Of a stretch of 64,000 nt of DNA, positions 1-19,157 are shown piece by piece. The stretch is from contig NW_027192192.1 of NCBI RefSeq assembly GCF_041956535.1, positions 685,796 to 749,795 on the forward strand. Direction: 5' to 3'. Every line of letters begins with the position of its first letter. Position 1 is the stretch's first letter. The DNA comes from Calcarisporiella thermophila CBS 279.70 (lineage: Eukaryota; Fungi; Calcarisporiellomycota). Below the pieces are notes generated by a model. It was not told where the DNA came from and ran no database searches. It saw only the letters and a program-made list of their open reading frames with translations. The translations under genes were made by a program, and so were the position numbers.

Positions 1-140
1 ATAATAAATTTAATGGTCTTTTGATTGTCAATCTGTCATGACGGAGAATCACGTCACAAGCAAGCCGCTTCCATATTCCCTATAAAATCCGCATCGACCA
101 ACCAGGATATTATTACTGGACAGCCCTATCGAATCCCGAA

Positions 141-1219
141 ATGACAGAAAGCCAGATCCCGGATGCCTCTTCCCCAGACAACTTGGCGGTATATGTGGAG
201 CACCTTAATTTCGATTTTGGAGGTCCTGCTATCCTCCAGGATGTAAACCTCGCTCTCCCCCGAGGATCACGTTGTTTGCTTGTCGGTGCTAATGGGGCGG
301 GCAAAACAACGCTACTACGTATCCTGGCAGGTAAACGGATGGTGAAATCTACCGTCAAAGTTCTCGGCACGGGATCCTTTTCCAACCCGCCACCTGTAAT
401 TATTGCTAAATCTCGAATGCAGGCACTCTTCTAATTATTATTGCATTAGATGGGGGTAACCTACCTAGGCACCGAATGGGCGTCCAATCCCGTGACTCGC
501 AGTGACATTCGGGTAGATCATCTTATCCGCAGTATCGGTGGTGATCGCTATCCCGAGCGCCGTGATCTTCTCGTTAGTATCTTGGATGTCGATGAGACCT
601 GGCATATGCATGAAGTTTCTGACGGCGAACGCCGCCGAGTTCAACTCGTACTTGGTCTATTGAAACCATGGGATTTGCTGCTTCTCGATGAAGTGACGGT
701 CGATTTGGATGTACTAGTGCGCGCCGAATTTCTGCAGTTCTTGAAGCGTGAGACAGAGGAACGGAATGCGACCATTGTGAGTATGGGTGTATAGGGTGCG
801 GATTTTACCTCTTTCTTATAGATCAATCTGTACGTGGTTAGGTATATGCAACACATATTTTCGACGGCATCGGCGAATGGCCAACGCACTTTGTGCGGAT
901 GGTAAAGGGCACTGTAGTGCAGACTCATGAAATAACCAATTTCCCCGAGTTTGATGCATTCCGAGAATATCATCAGAAGCATCGTATTGCCGACTCTCCA
1001 CTGATGGCGATGTGTTTAACTTGGCTCAAACAGGTACGTTTAGTGCAGTTAGAATAATTTGAAGGGCTCTTTCTAATACAAGCGACATAGGATCGGGCGT
1101 TGCTTCGACGCGAGAAACTAAAGAACAAGGACGAACACAAACCGACACGATGGGAGGAATTGAGCGAGGATATGAAGACGTTCGGCGATCGCTATTATAA
1201 TTACTGGAAGAACTACTAG
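141..1219 (+). CDS. CAF16: Single-domain ABC ATPase, CCR4-associated factor 16 (Caf16)-like; 4 exons
   Basis: Walker [10 protein letters not shown], signature-like SDGERRR, Walker [13 protein letters not shown] and YATHIFDG switch; no TM domain. GT-AG introns near 396-449, 777-841 and 1034-1090; stop TAG at 1217-1219. Confidence 0.85.
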
Positions 1220-1438
1220 ACCCTTAGAGAATGTAGATAGAACTCCACTTGGCTGTTTTATTTTTATTACAATAAAAAGCATAGAAATATACATTATATT
1301 TAAACGCATAAGATTCGTCTGAATGAAAAATAAAAAGATATATTTTCTAATAAATTAACGGAAAAAACACAGGCATTTCATAACCAAACGAAGAGTAAAG
1401 AAAGAATATAACAAAACGCGTCTTTGTTTTTTATCAAA

Positions 1439-3249
<1,811 letters not shown>

Positions 3250-3579
3250 TGTTCCAAAAGCGAAAGATGCTTTTATGAGGATGGTCTAATGCAAAAAAAC
3301 TCGTGGTTTTTGGACCTATTTAAAGCCATTGTTCAAAGCCACGAGAGAGGCGGACGAAGGTCCGATCCGACCCCACGAAAGTAGAACTATTGAATATTCA
3401 CTTTTTCCGAATCTGTTATTTGCCACGTTTACATATTCATCGGTCGAGAGGTGCCATAAAATATTAAATGAGAGCACGCTCGCTTCTGTTTCTTGTATTT
3501 AAAAGGTCTATCTTTTTGTTTTGTTTTCGAATTGTCAAGTTATGTGAATGGTGTTATTGCCTTCTAAAACAATAAAAGG

Positions 3580-5465
3580 CTAGTTCATCGAGATGAATTG
3601 GGGAATATCGAGTCAAAGCCATCATCATCTGCTGCAGCCACCTGCCTAATCTTTGTTCCAACTTCCCATTGATATACTGCGAAAATCCATTTACAACGCG
3701 TGGTCCAATCCAGCAGTTCAGCAGAAAAATCTTTCATTCGAAGCCCAAATGCTTTTTGAAGATACAGTTGAAAAGATAAAGGGGTAAAAAGAAAGGATGG
3801 ATTGCATCATTCAGTGAAAAAAAAAATTACAGAACATGAAGGGAAATGCGATTAAATGAATGGAAATCATTAAGATATATGAGGAAAAAAAAGATTAGAA
3901 TGTTTCGAAAGCCATTTTACGATTCGTCTTTTGATATAGTATTAATGAATGAAGCAAGCGATTCTAGCTCTAGCGAAGGAAGAACGTCGCCCAAGAAATC
4001 TTTATCTTTGTTTTCTGAGGGCGACTCAACTGGGGCGTTAGCACTAGGCTCCTCTATATGGGTAGATGGCCCAGGATGTAGTGTTGGTGCTTGAGCTTGT
4101 GCGGTGGGATTTTCTTTCTCATTTTCACACTCGTCTTCTTCCTCTTTCTTCCAAGTAGGTCGCAATGGCGCGGAGAAGATCGAAGATATCCGTGCTTTGA
4201 GACTTCGCTTTTTGGACTTGATGTATTTCTCGTAGAGGCTAGAGTCATCTCCACAAAAGTCGGCACGGGTCCAAGGAGAGGCGCTGGAAGAGCATGAAGG
4301 GCGTCGGGAAGCAATCACTTGGGGATCAAGAAAGCCGAATGCATCTTGAGATGGGCGAGACTCGTATGAAGACCTAGCTTCAATCGAGACTGAATAGTCT
4401 TGAGATGGCCTAGGATCCAGAGATGGACGAGGAGATTCGCTAGCTGTAGGGGCATGAGAGGGGGCAAAATTTTCGCTAATACGGTATGAAGGTGAAGTGG
4501 AAGAGATGGACACAGAGGCAGAGTCTGGTGAATAAAGTTGGCGGCCTTGTGAATCTTTTGGATCTAAATTATCATATTATTAAGTGCCGATGATTTTAAT
4601 AAAAAAAAACAATATCCATACAGTGAAGGCGATGAAACGCGGTAGGTGCGCTGACCGGATGGCATGCTACCCACTCGGCTAATCCTGTGCGATACTGTTT
4701 CATTTCGCTCAGGGCAAACGAATAAACGGCAATGCGTTCTTGTTGCGACAAATTCTCGATATCCTTTCGCCGTACAAGCACGGGTACATCTGCATCGGGC
4801 CATCCTTTGATATAACTTTTCAAATCTTGTTGCGCCTGGAGTCTTTCGGGTGGGCTCTGAACGGTAATTGACCGGGCTGTCAAGGGCGAGCGAACGCTAT
4901 CCTCTGGCGCCCTACCATTTCCATCGACGGAGCCCCTCCGGGGGCATTCATTCAAATTAAGGATCTGACACTTCGATTGCACGGTCTTCCAGGTTGTGGG
5001 GGAGTGACGTTTGCACGATAGGCTGTCAATAGATAAATTCTCGGATGCCGAAACTCGCTCAGTTTGATTTGTGCAGTTGGAACAAGAGCAATCATCTTCT
5101 ACAGCTTCTACATATTTTCTAGCAAAAGATCTAATACATTGAGATTAGTTATTATGTTTTCTTATCTCAGTGAGCTCATAATTTCTTCAATTTACTGCAT
5201 ATCCCTATTCCCGTCTTCCAACGATGGATTATAAATCGCAGTTCTAGGCATCCCGTTTTCAAAAAGGCGCGCAATCTAAACGTCTTTAATCCTGAGTGCC
5301 TAGATCACTAGACAATTATGATTCTATTGAAATAGTGAAAAGCAAATAGGAGAGAAGTACCTTAGAACTCCACTTGAGTAATTCTGATGACACCTGGGAA
5401 AATGAGAATATGCCTTAAATAGGTAATAAATGGTCAATCCGTCATTTACTGCACAGAATTCCCAT
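3580..5465 (-). CDS. Hypothetical Ser-rich multi-exon protein; both ends uncertain
   Basis: Minus-strand ORFs 4596-4982 and 3917-4513 flanked by plausible GT/AG sites; no family motif recognised. Confidence 0.4.
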
Positions 5466-5812
5466 CTGTAAGAAGGTTATGCAGTGATGGTTTGGGGGTA
5501 TTCGTAGAGAACGGTTGGCGCACTTAGCAGGGAGAATGGGGAGAAAAACGCGGCTAAGGAACAGGAAGATGAATGTCGAGATTATGGGAAGAAAAATAAG
5601 GTTGGCGAGTGAAAAAAAGGTCGACCGTTTTTCCCTTTCATGGGACGAATTAAGAAGCCGCAAGATGCAGTATGGGGTAATAAGTACGCAATAATATTCA
5701 ATACTTCGACATAACATGGTAAAAATTAAAAGATAGTTGTGATATACAATTAATAAGATATACATTCGCGCTATCCCTTTCTACGTGCGTCTCGCAGGCC
5801 TCCCTCCGCCGG

Positions 5813-6859
5813 TCAATGCTTCTCGCTTCCCCGCAGCTGCGATAGGTGGTGCTGCAGATTCACTGCTTGCTCATGGGTCATCTAACAAAGAGTGGGCTTT
5901 GGACATAAATTTCTCATTTAAAGACAAACAATTCACGTGCATACCTGCTGGTAATACGCAGGATCGATCGGCTGTCCCTGTTAACAATTGGCTTAAAGGA
6001 TGAGCTTAAACATGCTAACCCCTCTCTTATAGAAAAGTCCTTACTTGATAATAAGCAGGAGGATGGGCACAATAAGCAAGCATATCGGGGGTCTATCGAG
6101 AGTTAATAAAACTGCATCAGAGAAGAAAACGACATCCTAATGGCGTTGTTGATGGTTACGGGAACTTCGGCTTTCTGTGCCGTCGATTTTGCGCTGGCTA
6201 GCGCCTCTTCGCGAGGGACAATGTCAATGAGAAAGTCGAACACATCACTTTTGGTTGTGGCAGCTGCAATATCACTATGAGATATTCACATCAAACAAAG
6301 TATCCTATGGAAAATATACATGGTGCCCTTAATACCTTCGCTGTAGAGTGCGGCGCTTACTCTCCTCAGCGTGAATCCTAACGATAATCATCGCATAAAT
6401 GAATACTCTCCAGTAAATTAGATCATTCTTACCATGCGCGCATTGTCAGTTCACTTATAAATATCTCACAACCTTTCTCGAATATAAGCAGGGTCTACAA
6501 TCCGAAAAATTAGGAAAAATGAAGCTATTTGTCCACTCGATCATGTTTACCTCAGCGCTGATCATCTGAAATTAAAGATACAAGAAAACACTCATCAGCA
6601 ACACTAAAACCACTCACAAGATAAAGGTAGCATGAAAAAAAGCGCTTGCCTTAACATCTTCGGTCTTCATAACGCGCTTTATCCTAGCAAGTGGTAGAAC
6701 ATGGTTTTTGAAGTCATGTTCGTTGTGTTGGATCGTGCTGACCTGGTATTTCCAAAACTTCTCTGAATCAAATATTAGGCTACTCCCATGCTGTAGTATC
6801 ATTTCGCTGCCGTCGGGATTGCGCATTTCTTGTGTCAAGTTCTTGTTCGAGCCGGTCAT
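5813..6859 (-). CDS. HAP5: CCAAT-binding complex subunit C (NF-YC/Hap5/HapE), with several micro-exons
   Basis: Spliced histone fold [64 protein letters not shown]. Short 3' exons (TPDMLAY..YYQ, GQPIDPAYYQQ, MTHEQ..SEKH*) end at TGA 5813-5815. Confidence 0.92.
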
Positions 6860-6964
6860 TAGATGGAGAATTCAACGAATAATATTGAATGTGGAGGAAA
6901 AAGTCACAATACAATTTAATTTTTTTGCCGTCGTGGAAATTCTAGATTTTCCTTCCTCTTTGGT
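6860..6964. promoter_or_regulatory. Compact bidirectional promoter between HAP5 and the SIRT4-like gene
   Basis: Divergent ATGs about 105 bp apart. Confidence 0.65.
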
Positions 6965-8162
6965 ATGTTTTGCTCGTCAATAATACGAGGAGAGCTTCGG
7001 TTATCCGCCATCATCACCCCCACTCTACAAACATCACCCGTTCCCTTACAATCACTTAGGCCGCTTTCGGCCGTAATTGAAGAAGTAGCGGAATTCGTGA
7101 GAACAGCGAATGGAAACCTACTCGCTCTCACTGGGGCTGGTTTGCATGCACACTAAATAGTATTTTAATCACTTAACTTGAGAAGTAATTCTGCCTTTGT
7201 ATATCCTCTAGGTGTAAGCACCGATTCAGGTATTCCAGATTATAGAGGAGAAAATGGAGTATACACGCGCAATCCTAGCTACAAGCCAATATTCTTCCAC
7301 GAGGTTCGTATAAATTAATGTTTCAACTCTATGTATTTTGGCCTAAATCTACCTTTTATTTCAGTTTATGAAACATCATTCGTTTCGCCAAAGATACTGG
7401 GCACGAGGCTTTTTGGGTTACAAACCGTAAGACTTTTGTATTTTTTTTTATGTCAAGTATTCTCACTTTATGTTATTATAAAGTGCAAATATGGCAATAC
7501 CCAATTCCACCCATTACGCATTGGCATCGCTCGGGAAACATGGCTTTATTCAGAGCATTATAACACAAAATGTAGATCAACTGCATCAACGAGCCGAAGG
7601 GTTAAAGAGCTCAACCGTATTAGAGCTCCATGGAACACTGCATCAAGTGTTATGTATGAGCTGTGGGCATACAACCCACCGAGAGGAATTCAATGAACTA
7701 TTACGATCCTTAAATCCTGCGTGGGACAAGTATCACCAAGAGATGTTGTTGAAAGGCGAGGAGCCTCGAATGCGACCCGATGGCGATCACGAGCTCCCCC
7801 AAGAACTTGATTATGCTACTTTTTCCTACCCCAGTTGTGAGCGCTGCCATACTGGAATTTTGAAGCCGGCAGTCGTCTTTTTTGGAGAGAATATCCCTGA
7901 GAAGATAAAGCAGATCGCAGTGGAGAGAGTAAAGCAATGTAGTTCTCTTCTAGTAATTGGCTCCAGCTTAGCGACCTATTCAGCACTGCGTCTTGTGAAG
8001 TTAGCAAAACAGCTTGGTCGTCCGATTGGCATTCTCAACTTTGGGCCTACTCGGGGTGATGATCTTGCTGAATACCGTTGGATAGGAATGAGTGGCGAGA
8101 TACTCCCAAAAGTTGATAAATTATTGATGGAACAAAAAAATCTGACCAGTTATAAATCTTAA
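6965..8162 (+). CDS. NAD-dependent sirtuin, class II (SIRT4-like); 4 exons
   Basis: LTGAGVSTDSGIPDYRG, ITQNVDQLH, ELHG, two CxxC zinc ligands, SIRT4-type RPDGD loop, LKPAVVFFGENIP and GSSL. Confidence 0.92.
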
Positions 8163-9077
8163 TTTATTATTTAATTTGCTTGCGTATTTTGTAATAGATT
8201 CTATTTTTTGATGTACACAGTAGCATTATATAGAAAAAACTTAGAACACGGGTGTCTTTTTTAAGTCCTATTTTCTAATAGTGGAAGGTCACGAAGAGAG
8301 AATGTGGCCGGGAAATCTCGGACTAATATTCAGTAAAACTACTGAATCCTTTTATAATTTTGGACCGAGAAACGAAAGATCGGTCTAGGATATCTTGACC
8401 TATGATGTCGACCAATACACACGATATTATAACATGGTCAAGTAAACTTGACCCACGTTTTCTATGGTCTGTGCATAGAGGTCGATCCCAAGATAAGATT
8501 TTGGCGCCCTATAAATAACCCCTTACCGGATTGCTTAACCCCACATCGGAGTAGAAGCAGATTTGTGTGAAGTTTACTAGTTTCTATTTTCCATAGAAGT
8601 TGGGGCAATGTCGATAGGGCATGTAGAGCGAGTTAAATGATGGTTTCGAACTTTTCGAGATTAGATATTTGAGAATCCATTATCGGGAATCCTCCCGCGT
8701 CGCTTGTTGAATTGATTTGCCGAGGCTCATGCCCTGACGTTAGCTCTGTGACTGGGGGACGGCAAGCCGTTATTGTACGAGGAATGACCGAGCTTGAACG
8801 AGTGCATGCACGCCTCGGTGGTATTGGATAGCTTGGAGGTTGTGCCCATTCTTACTTACTTTCTCTTAAGTTCCCAATTAGGGATGTCTGATCTGCCACT
8901 TTCTTAGACGGGAATTTTATAAACTCAGGGTATAGATTCCAAGCCACGAGAAAGTGATGTAAGCAGATTGCTCCTCTTAACAGGCGTCCCAGAGGATTTC
9001 CCCATAATTTTATTTTTTCGCCACATACGTGATCGCAATTCCTTGGATTACTCATTTTGCTTTTCAGTCCAAAAAAA

Positions 9078-11511
9078 ATGACGAAGCGAGTCATTCTCGA
9101 GGGGAACGAGTACACTGCGACAATAGATGGAGAAGCTGCCGCGAATAAGGTGAAATCACGCCTGGGAGCCGCGACAAACAAGGTGGGTGAGGCATATGAA
9201 TATGCAAAGAGCGTCGTACACCATGCCTACACCCAAAATGCGGAGCGCGCCCAAGAGAGTTGGGCGAGTGTGACGCAAGATGCAAATCGAGCGTTTTCCC
9301 CTCAGCAAAAAATGGCAGAATTTCGAACCACTGCTCACCATCTCGCACAGGATATCGCTGATAAAGCTCAGCAAGGTGCCAATTCCGTTAAAGACGCGAC
9401 AGACACGGCCAACCTCCAGAGTGAGCACATAATTGATAGGGTGAAAAACTATTTTGCGAGCATGTGGCAAAGTACTCGTGACAATGTCCAAGCGGCGGAG
9501 GAAAATGTGGCAGAGAGAGCAGAATCAGTACGCGACGCGATGTTCCATAAAGCCGCGAAAGGCGCAGATAAGGCGAGAGAAGCTGGTCCCAATATTATTG
9601 GACAATTTAAGAATGCGAAGGATTCTATTTCTCACCAGTTAGAGAAAAGCAAGGATGAGAGTCAGTCGGCATTCCATGAATACTACAACCAAGTGCGTAG
9701 GAAATTCAATGAGGCTGATGAATCCTACTGGGCGGCCGTGAGAAAGCTGGAAGAGGCAAAGGGGCGAGGTGCGGTACAAGATAATTCTTATTATTGGTTT
9801 GGTCAACGTCCAAGGTACGAAACGCGCTATGAGCAGGCGGTGGAAAAGGCAAAGCAGGTGCGTGATAAAGCGTCGAAGGAGCTAAATTCTGCGTGGGAGG
9901 CCGTTAAAGATAAGTTCGGCATCAGCCTGGAGAAACCCTTCGGAAAGGGGACTTTTCCGCCCGAACGAAATTACTGGTTCTATGACAGTGAATACGACGA
10001 GTCCTTAACCGGTGGTCCTCACGGTCTCCAGGAGAACGCAGAGTATTTGGCGCATCAAGCGTCCATTGCTGTAGGGAATTGGGTGCAAAATTTCCGCCGC
10101 GATATGGACCATACCCTGAAGGAAGGACATGAGCACTGGGTTCGCACGACTAGCAAACTTCACACCAAATTTGTTGACATATCCGATCGCCTAGAGGCCG
10201 ACTGGAAGGCGGTGCGCGACCAAACAAGCCATGGCCCAATCACCCAGCTCCGTGAAATTGACTGGGTTGCGCGCGACACAGGCAACCAGCTTCGAGGACT
10301 CACGCGAGAGGCGGGCTCGCGATTCGACAAAACTGCACGCTCACTCTCATCGCAATGGAAGAAGGCCGTGAAGCACGCTGGTGATAAGCGCAACGAATAT
10401 CAAAAATATTACGAAAACATGGTCGAGGATGCACGAAAGCAGTACTACAAAAGCATCGAAAATTCGCACAATGCATGGGAGCAGGCCATCGGTGAGGCAC
10501 GCAACCACTACGCAGAGGTGGTTCGCTTAATCGAGGAATATAGCAAGCTGCCTAAGGAGGATGCTGCGAAGAGCAAGAAGGAGGTCGAGTCGAAAGTGAA
10601 AGCGGCGCTTGCCGCGGCCAGGAAGGCGGAACACGAGGCGCACAAGAAGGCACAGAAGGACGTCTCACTCGTAGGGAAACAACTTGGTGTGCTCTGGGAT
10701 AACGTTACCCGTCAGGTAAACCTTTCGTCGAGTGCGCTGATGGGCAAGGCCTCCGATGGCCTGGATAAGATGATTGAGCTGGGCCAGCGTGCGTATGACC
10801 GGATTCCTGGCGTCCCGACGATCACCGGCCTGCCTGGAGGATTGACGGAGCAACCGCAGGCTCCTCTGGTATCGATGATTTATGGGCCATTGCTCGCTCT
10901 GTGGTTTGTACTCTTGGCTCGTCGCGTGTGGATCCAACGCAAGAAGACCGGAGTGTGGTACGGCGATGGAACCTATGAGACGGCGAAATCTCTGAATGAG
11001 GTGACGGATGGAGGTGAGTTAAGATGGATGTCCACCAAGGGCGGACCCATTTCTCATTCCTTTTATCACTTTCTTAGTCCGCCCCACCGAGGTGCTTACT
11101 ACGGCGACCACCCGCAAGCGGACCCGCAAGGTGAACGCTGCAGATGAAATTACCCACGCACAGGACGATCGCCATGTCTCCCCTCAGCAGCCAACGCCGG
11201 ACTACTCTGGCCTTACGCGCGCCATCTCCGAGCTCTCCCACTTCGCTACAACCGTTCCGTTTACTCTGCTTCTCCTTTTGGCCCTTGAAGTGAATGGGGC
11301 GGCCCGCCCAATAGTGCACGTTCTCTATCTAGGACTAATCACGTCCCAAGTGTTCCTCTCCCAGGATTTGGGAACCCTCTTTGGGTTCTCGTGGGCAACT
11401 CGGCGGGACGTGGGTGCATACATGCAGTGGATCGTCACCGGCATTGCTGCGGTGTGCTGTTTCCTGGTGACAAACTATGGCAGCACATTACTCGGAAAAC
11501 TTCACATTTAA
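9078..11511 (+). CDS. Large LEA/apolipoprotein-like helical protein fused to a C-terminal degenerate MAPEG-like membrane domain
   Basis: About 590 aa of A/K/E/Q-rich helical sequence, then LLALWFVLLARRVWIQRKKTGVWYGDG..LTRAISELSHFATTVPFTLLLLLALEVNG. Intron 11014-11077 joins the two ORFs in frame. Confidence 0.75.
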
Positions 11512-12042
11512 TAAGTACAAACGTCTCCTCCGATCGAGTATAGTCTAAAATGTGAATAGCCTTTTTTGATATAAGCCGTTATTTTTTTTTGTTTGCTTGT
11601 TCGTTTGTTTGTTCCTCCCCATTTCCTCCTTTTTCCCCGTTTCTCCCATGTGATATTTCTCCAGAATTACTCTGCAAGCTTTGCTTTTCACTTACTTTCC
11701 GTTTCCTTTCTCTGTTCAGTGCTTTTTTTCCCCTTCTGTTTGTCTTTGTTGGAATATAAGTTTATTAATTTATCTTTGTGGTAAAACGACGCAGTTAGGA
11801 AATTTCAGAATAATATCAATCGTAACTCGCCACGTTTCTCTATATATAATAAGAAATAAATTTATATTCAGTGAATATATGAATAGTAATAGATGAGAAG
11901 AGAAAGAAGACAAGATGAAAAAAAAACAGTACCAATCACAATAACAATGCAGTGAAAATAATAATAATAGTAGTAGGAGGAGGGGAGGAGGAGGCATAAT
12001 CATCATCATCATTGTCACCATTACCAGAGAACCAAACCAAAC

Positions 12043-16479
<4,437 letters not shown>

Positions 16480-17391
16480 CTCTTGAAATTCCAAAATGCT
16501 ACAATAAGAGAAAAGAGAGCAGGGCATTAATCGGGGGTGGATCGATATGGACACAGAAGAGCCAGTCGTAACCACGGCATCAGGATGCCCAAAATGAAAA
16601 GGCATTAAGATTGGCTACTCACCTGTATATTAAATATTGTTCAATCTAATTATTTTTCAGTGAGAAATGTAATCTCCACCCATGCAATGAAAAGAGGAAT
16701 TAAACTAACTAGCTGTTCCGCTATGCTCTTCTAGCTCGCTTTGAACAAGAGAACAAAACGAAGAGAGCAGAAGAAAGCTATGAAAATTGTAAATAATAAG
16801 AAATGGGAAAGGGGGAAAGGGTATGAGAGTTAAAAAAAAAACTAGCTAAATTAATGGTGTGCAGAAGATGTTATGTTCAGCATGGCCTGACCCGCAAACC
16901 AGAAGACCCGATGAGAGAATAATGACCAAAACAAGGTTGTTTAGGAGCTTCCCTTCCCTTAGCGTAGATAGGTGCAGGCCTTTCAAAACGTTAATGAGGA
17001 AATATCCCTGTATCGACGGATATTGGCCTGATAGTTGGGCTCAAATCAATAAAAGGGAGGGTCTGTCCTCTGGTTCGAGTGAGAAAGGCTCAGCGGCTTG
17101 AAGGTCACCATCGATTTTGGGAGCACTCATCACCCTTATCCTGTTCTGACTCGATCGGCCCAATTTGAGGACAAATGCGTGAATCATCAACAACTTAATC
17201 CTCCCTTGGAATTAGACCAATGGCTGGACACACAGTGGCTATCCCAGGCCTGGGAATCTGAGCTGCGTTCCCTTTTCATGCGAGCACCGAAATGACCAGT
17301 TTTCAATCACGAACTAGGAATCCGCAGAATATAAAGCCGGTGGCAATTGCACAGTTTCCCCTATCTGACCGTAGCTTTTTCTACTAACACC

Positions 17392-18503
17392 ATGGGATTA
17401 GATTTGTATTTCGTTGAAGCTTTCCTAAGGCATCAAGAGGATGGAGAAGATGGTGTGCCATTCTCGGGCAACCCTGCGGCCGTGGTCCTTCTGGAGTCAG
17501 AGCTTCCAGAGGAGAAAATGCAGAGCATTGCGGGTAAATTCTTCCCACTCGAATTCCAACATTTTAAATAGAACCTCTAAGTGCATTTGGGATTTATTAG
17601 CGGAACTGAATCAACCGATGACTGCATTCATCCGCCCCTTGGATAATTCCGAGGGATTCGAGAAGGCAACGCAATTTTCGATGAGGTGGTTTAATTCGAG
17701 TATGGAGATTAGCATATGCGGTCATGTAAGTATACTCGATGCAATCCGTTTACTTTCTTTTTTCGGCCTAATGTATATAAGTTTCCTATAGGCTACTCTA
17801 GCCTCTACGCACACTCTTCTCAATATCATCAAGAATCCAGCCAATGCAATCACGTTCAAAACCAAAACAGCACAGCTTATTGGCGAGCGCTACGCGAACA
17901 ACCGCGTCACAATCACACTTCCGATGTATACCCCATTGCCCCTCTCCAGCTCTCTCTCGCAATCTACCCGCCCTATCCTTCTCTCTCTGCTTGGTTCTAG
18001 CATCACGGCGCAATTGGAGGATACTGCCGAGTTTGCTATTGGAAATAATGGGATGTTGATTGTGTGCTTGCAAACGGAAGGGAAGGATATAAAGGCACTG
18101 GAGCCAGATTTCCAAGCTATGAAGGAGATCTTGCTAGGCTTGAAACAGGAGGGACCCGTGGAACCATTTGGAGTCCTGGCTACGTGTGCAGGCGAGGGTG
18201 AGATCGACTATTTCTGTCGCGTGTTTGAGCCCGTAGGAGGGCACGACGAGGACCCCGTGACGGTAAGGCCGGCAGCCCATTTGGCGTATGGGGTCGATGC
18301 TAACCGACTCTCCTATCCTCCCTCTACAGGGCTCTGCAAACGCGCTGCTGGTCAATTTCTGGGCCAACAAACTTGGCAAAAAGCGCCTTCGGGCGCGCCA
18401 GCTGAGTCAGCGCACGGGCGATCTTGAGCTCGAGATAGTGGGCGATCGCGTTCGCATCTCGGGGATGGCCCGGGAATTCCTTCGCGGCAAGCTGAATGTT
18501 TAG
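17392..18503 (+). CDS. PhzF/PBLD (DAP-epimerase fold) family protein; 4 exons
   Basis: VEAF..FSGNPAAVV, MQSIAAELN, MRWF..EISICGHATLA and EDPVTGSANA; TATA-like TATAAA near 17330. Confidence 0.88.
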
Positions 18504-19157
18504 TGCGCTCGAACTTGGGCCTCCGTTAGGCTTAGTGGCGGCTCGCGTCATTGATTGGAAATCGCCCGTTTTCGATTGTTATCCATTTATTATTGCGACT
18601 TTGTCCACCCAACAAAGCCCGATCGATCTTCTGTTTTTAGAGAAAGTTTGTAAGCCAACAGAGTTCTGCGGAAGGTTGAATCCGCAACATTAAAGCGTTA
18701 TTAACATAACCATGGCACAAAGATGAAACATATCTGAAGACATATTCAAGCAATAGTATATACAGAGGGTGGAAGGAATTCCACGGCCAATTAAACCTGG
18801 CGATTCTCGTTATGTTTATCGTCAACAACCGTGCAGCAATTCGGAGACTGGTCCACCAGTTTTAGAATTTTTTTACGAATTTTTAACTGTTGAACAAGAC
18901 AAGAAATTAAATTTCTGGATTTTGTTCTCGCTCCTCTTTTTTCGGAAGCTTTTGCTATCATCTCTCCAGTTTTTTTCCCTCCCTTGCTCTTCTTCGCCTT
19001 ATTTCTCCATCTCCTCCATTGTGTATCTTCATTCTTGGTCCGGCGCAGGCTCGCACTTCTTTTTCACTCTCTCTCTCTCCTTCCCATTCCTCGTGGTGAC
19101 TCACTAAGCCCTTTTCATCTCTCTCCATCTTAATTTATTAATATCCAATAAACAACC

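Noticed and set aside
5442-5465. MGILCSK as a myristoylation/palmitoylation N-terminus
   Set aside because: A probable splice donor falls inside it and the simplest splice gives an early stop; the true start is unresolved.
8630-8745. C/D-like boxes ATGATGG..CTGA with a weak terminal stem
   Set aside because: Degenerate box C, no recognisable rRNA or snRNA complementarity, and no intron context.
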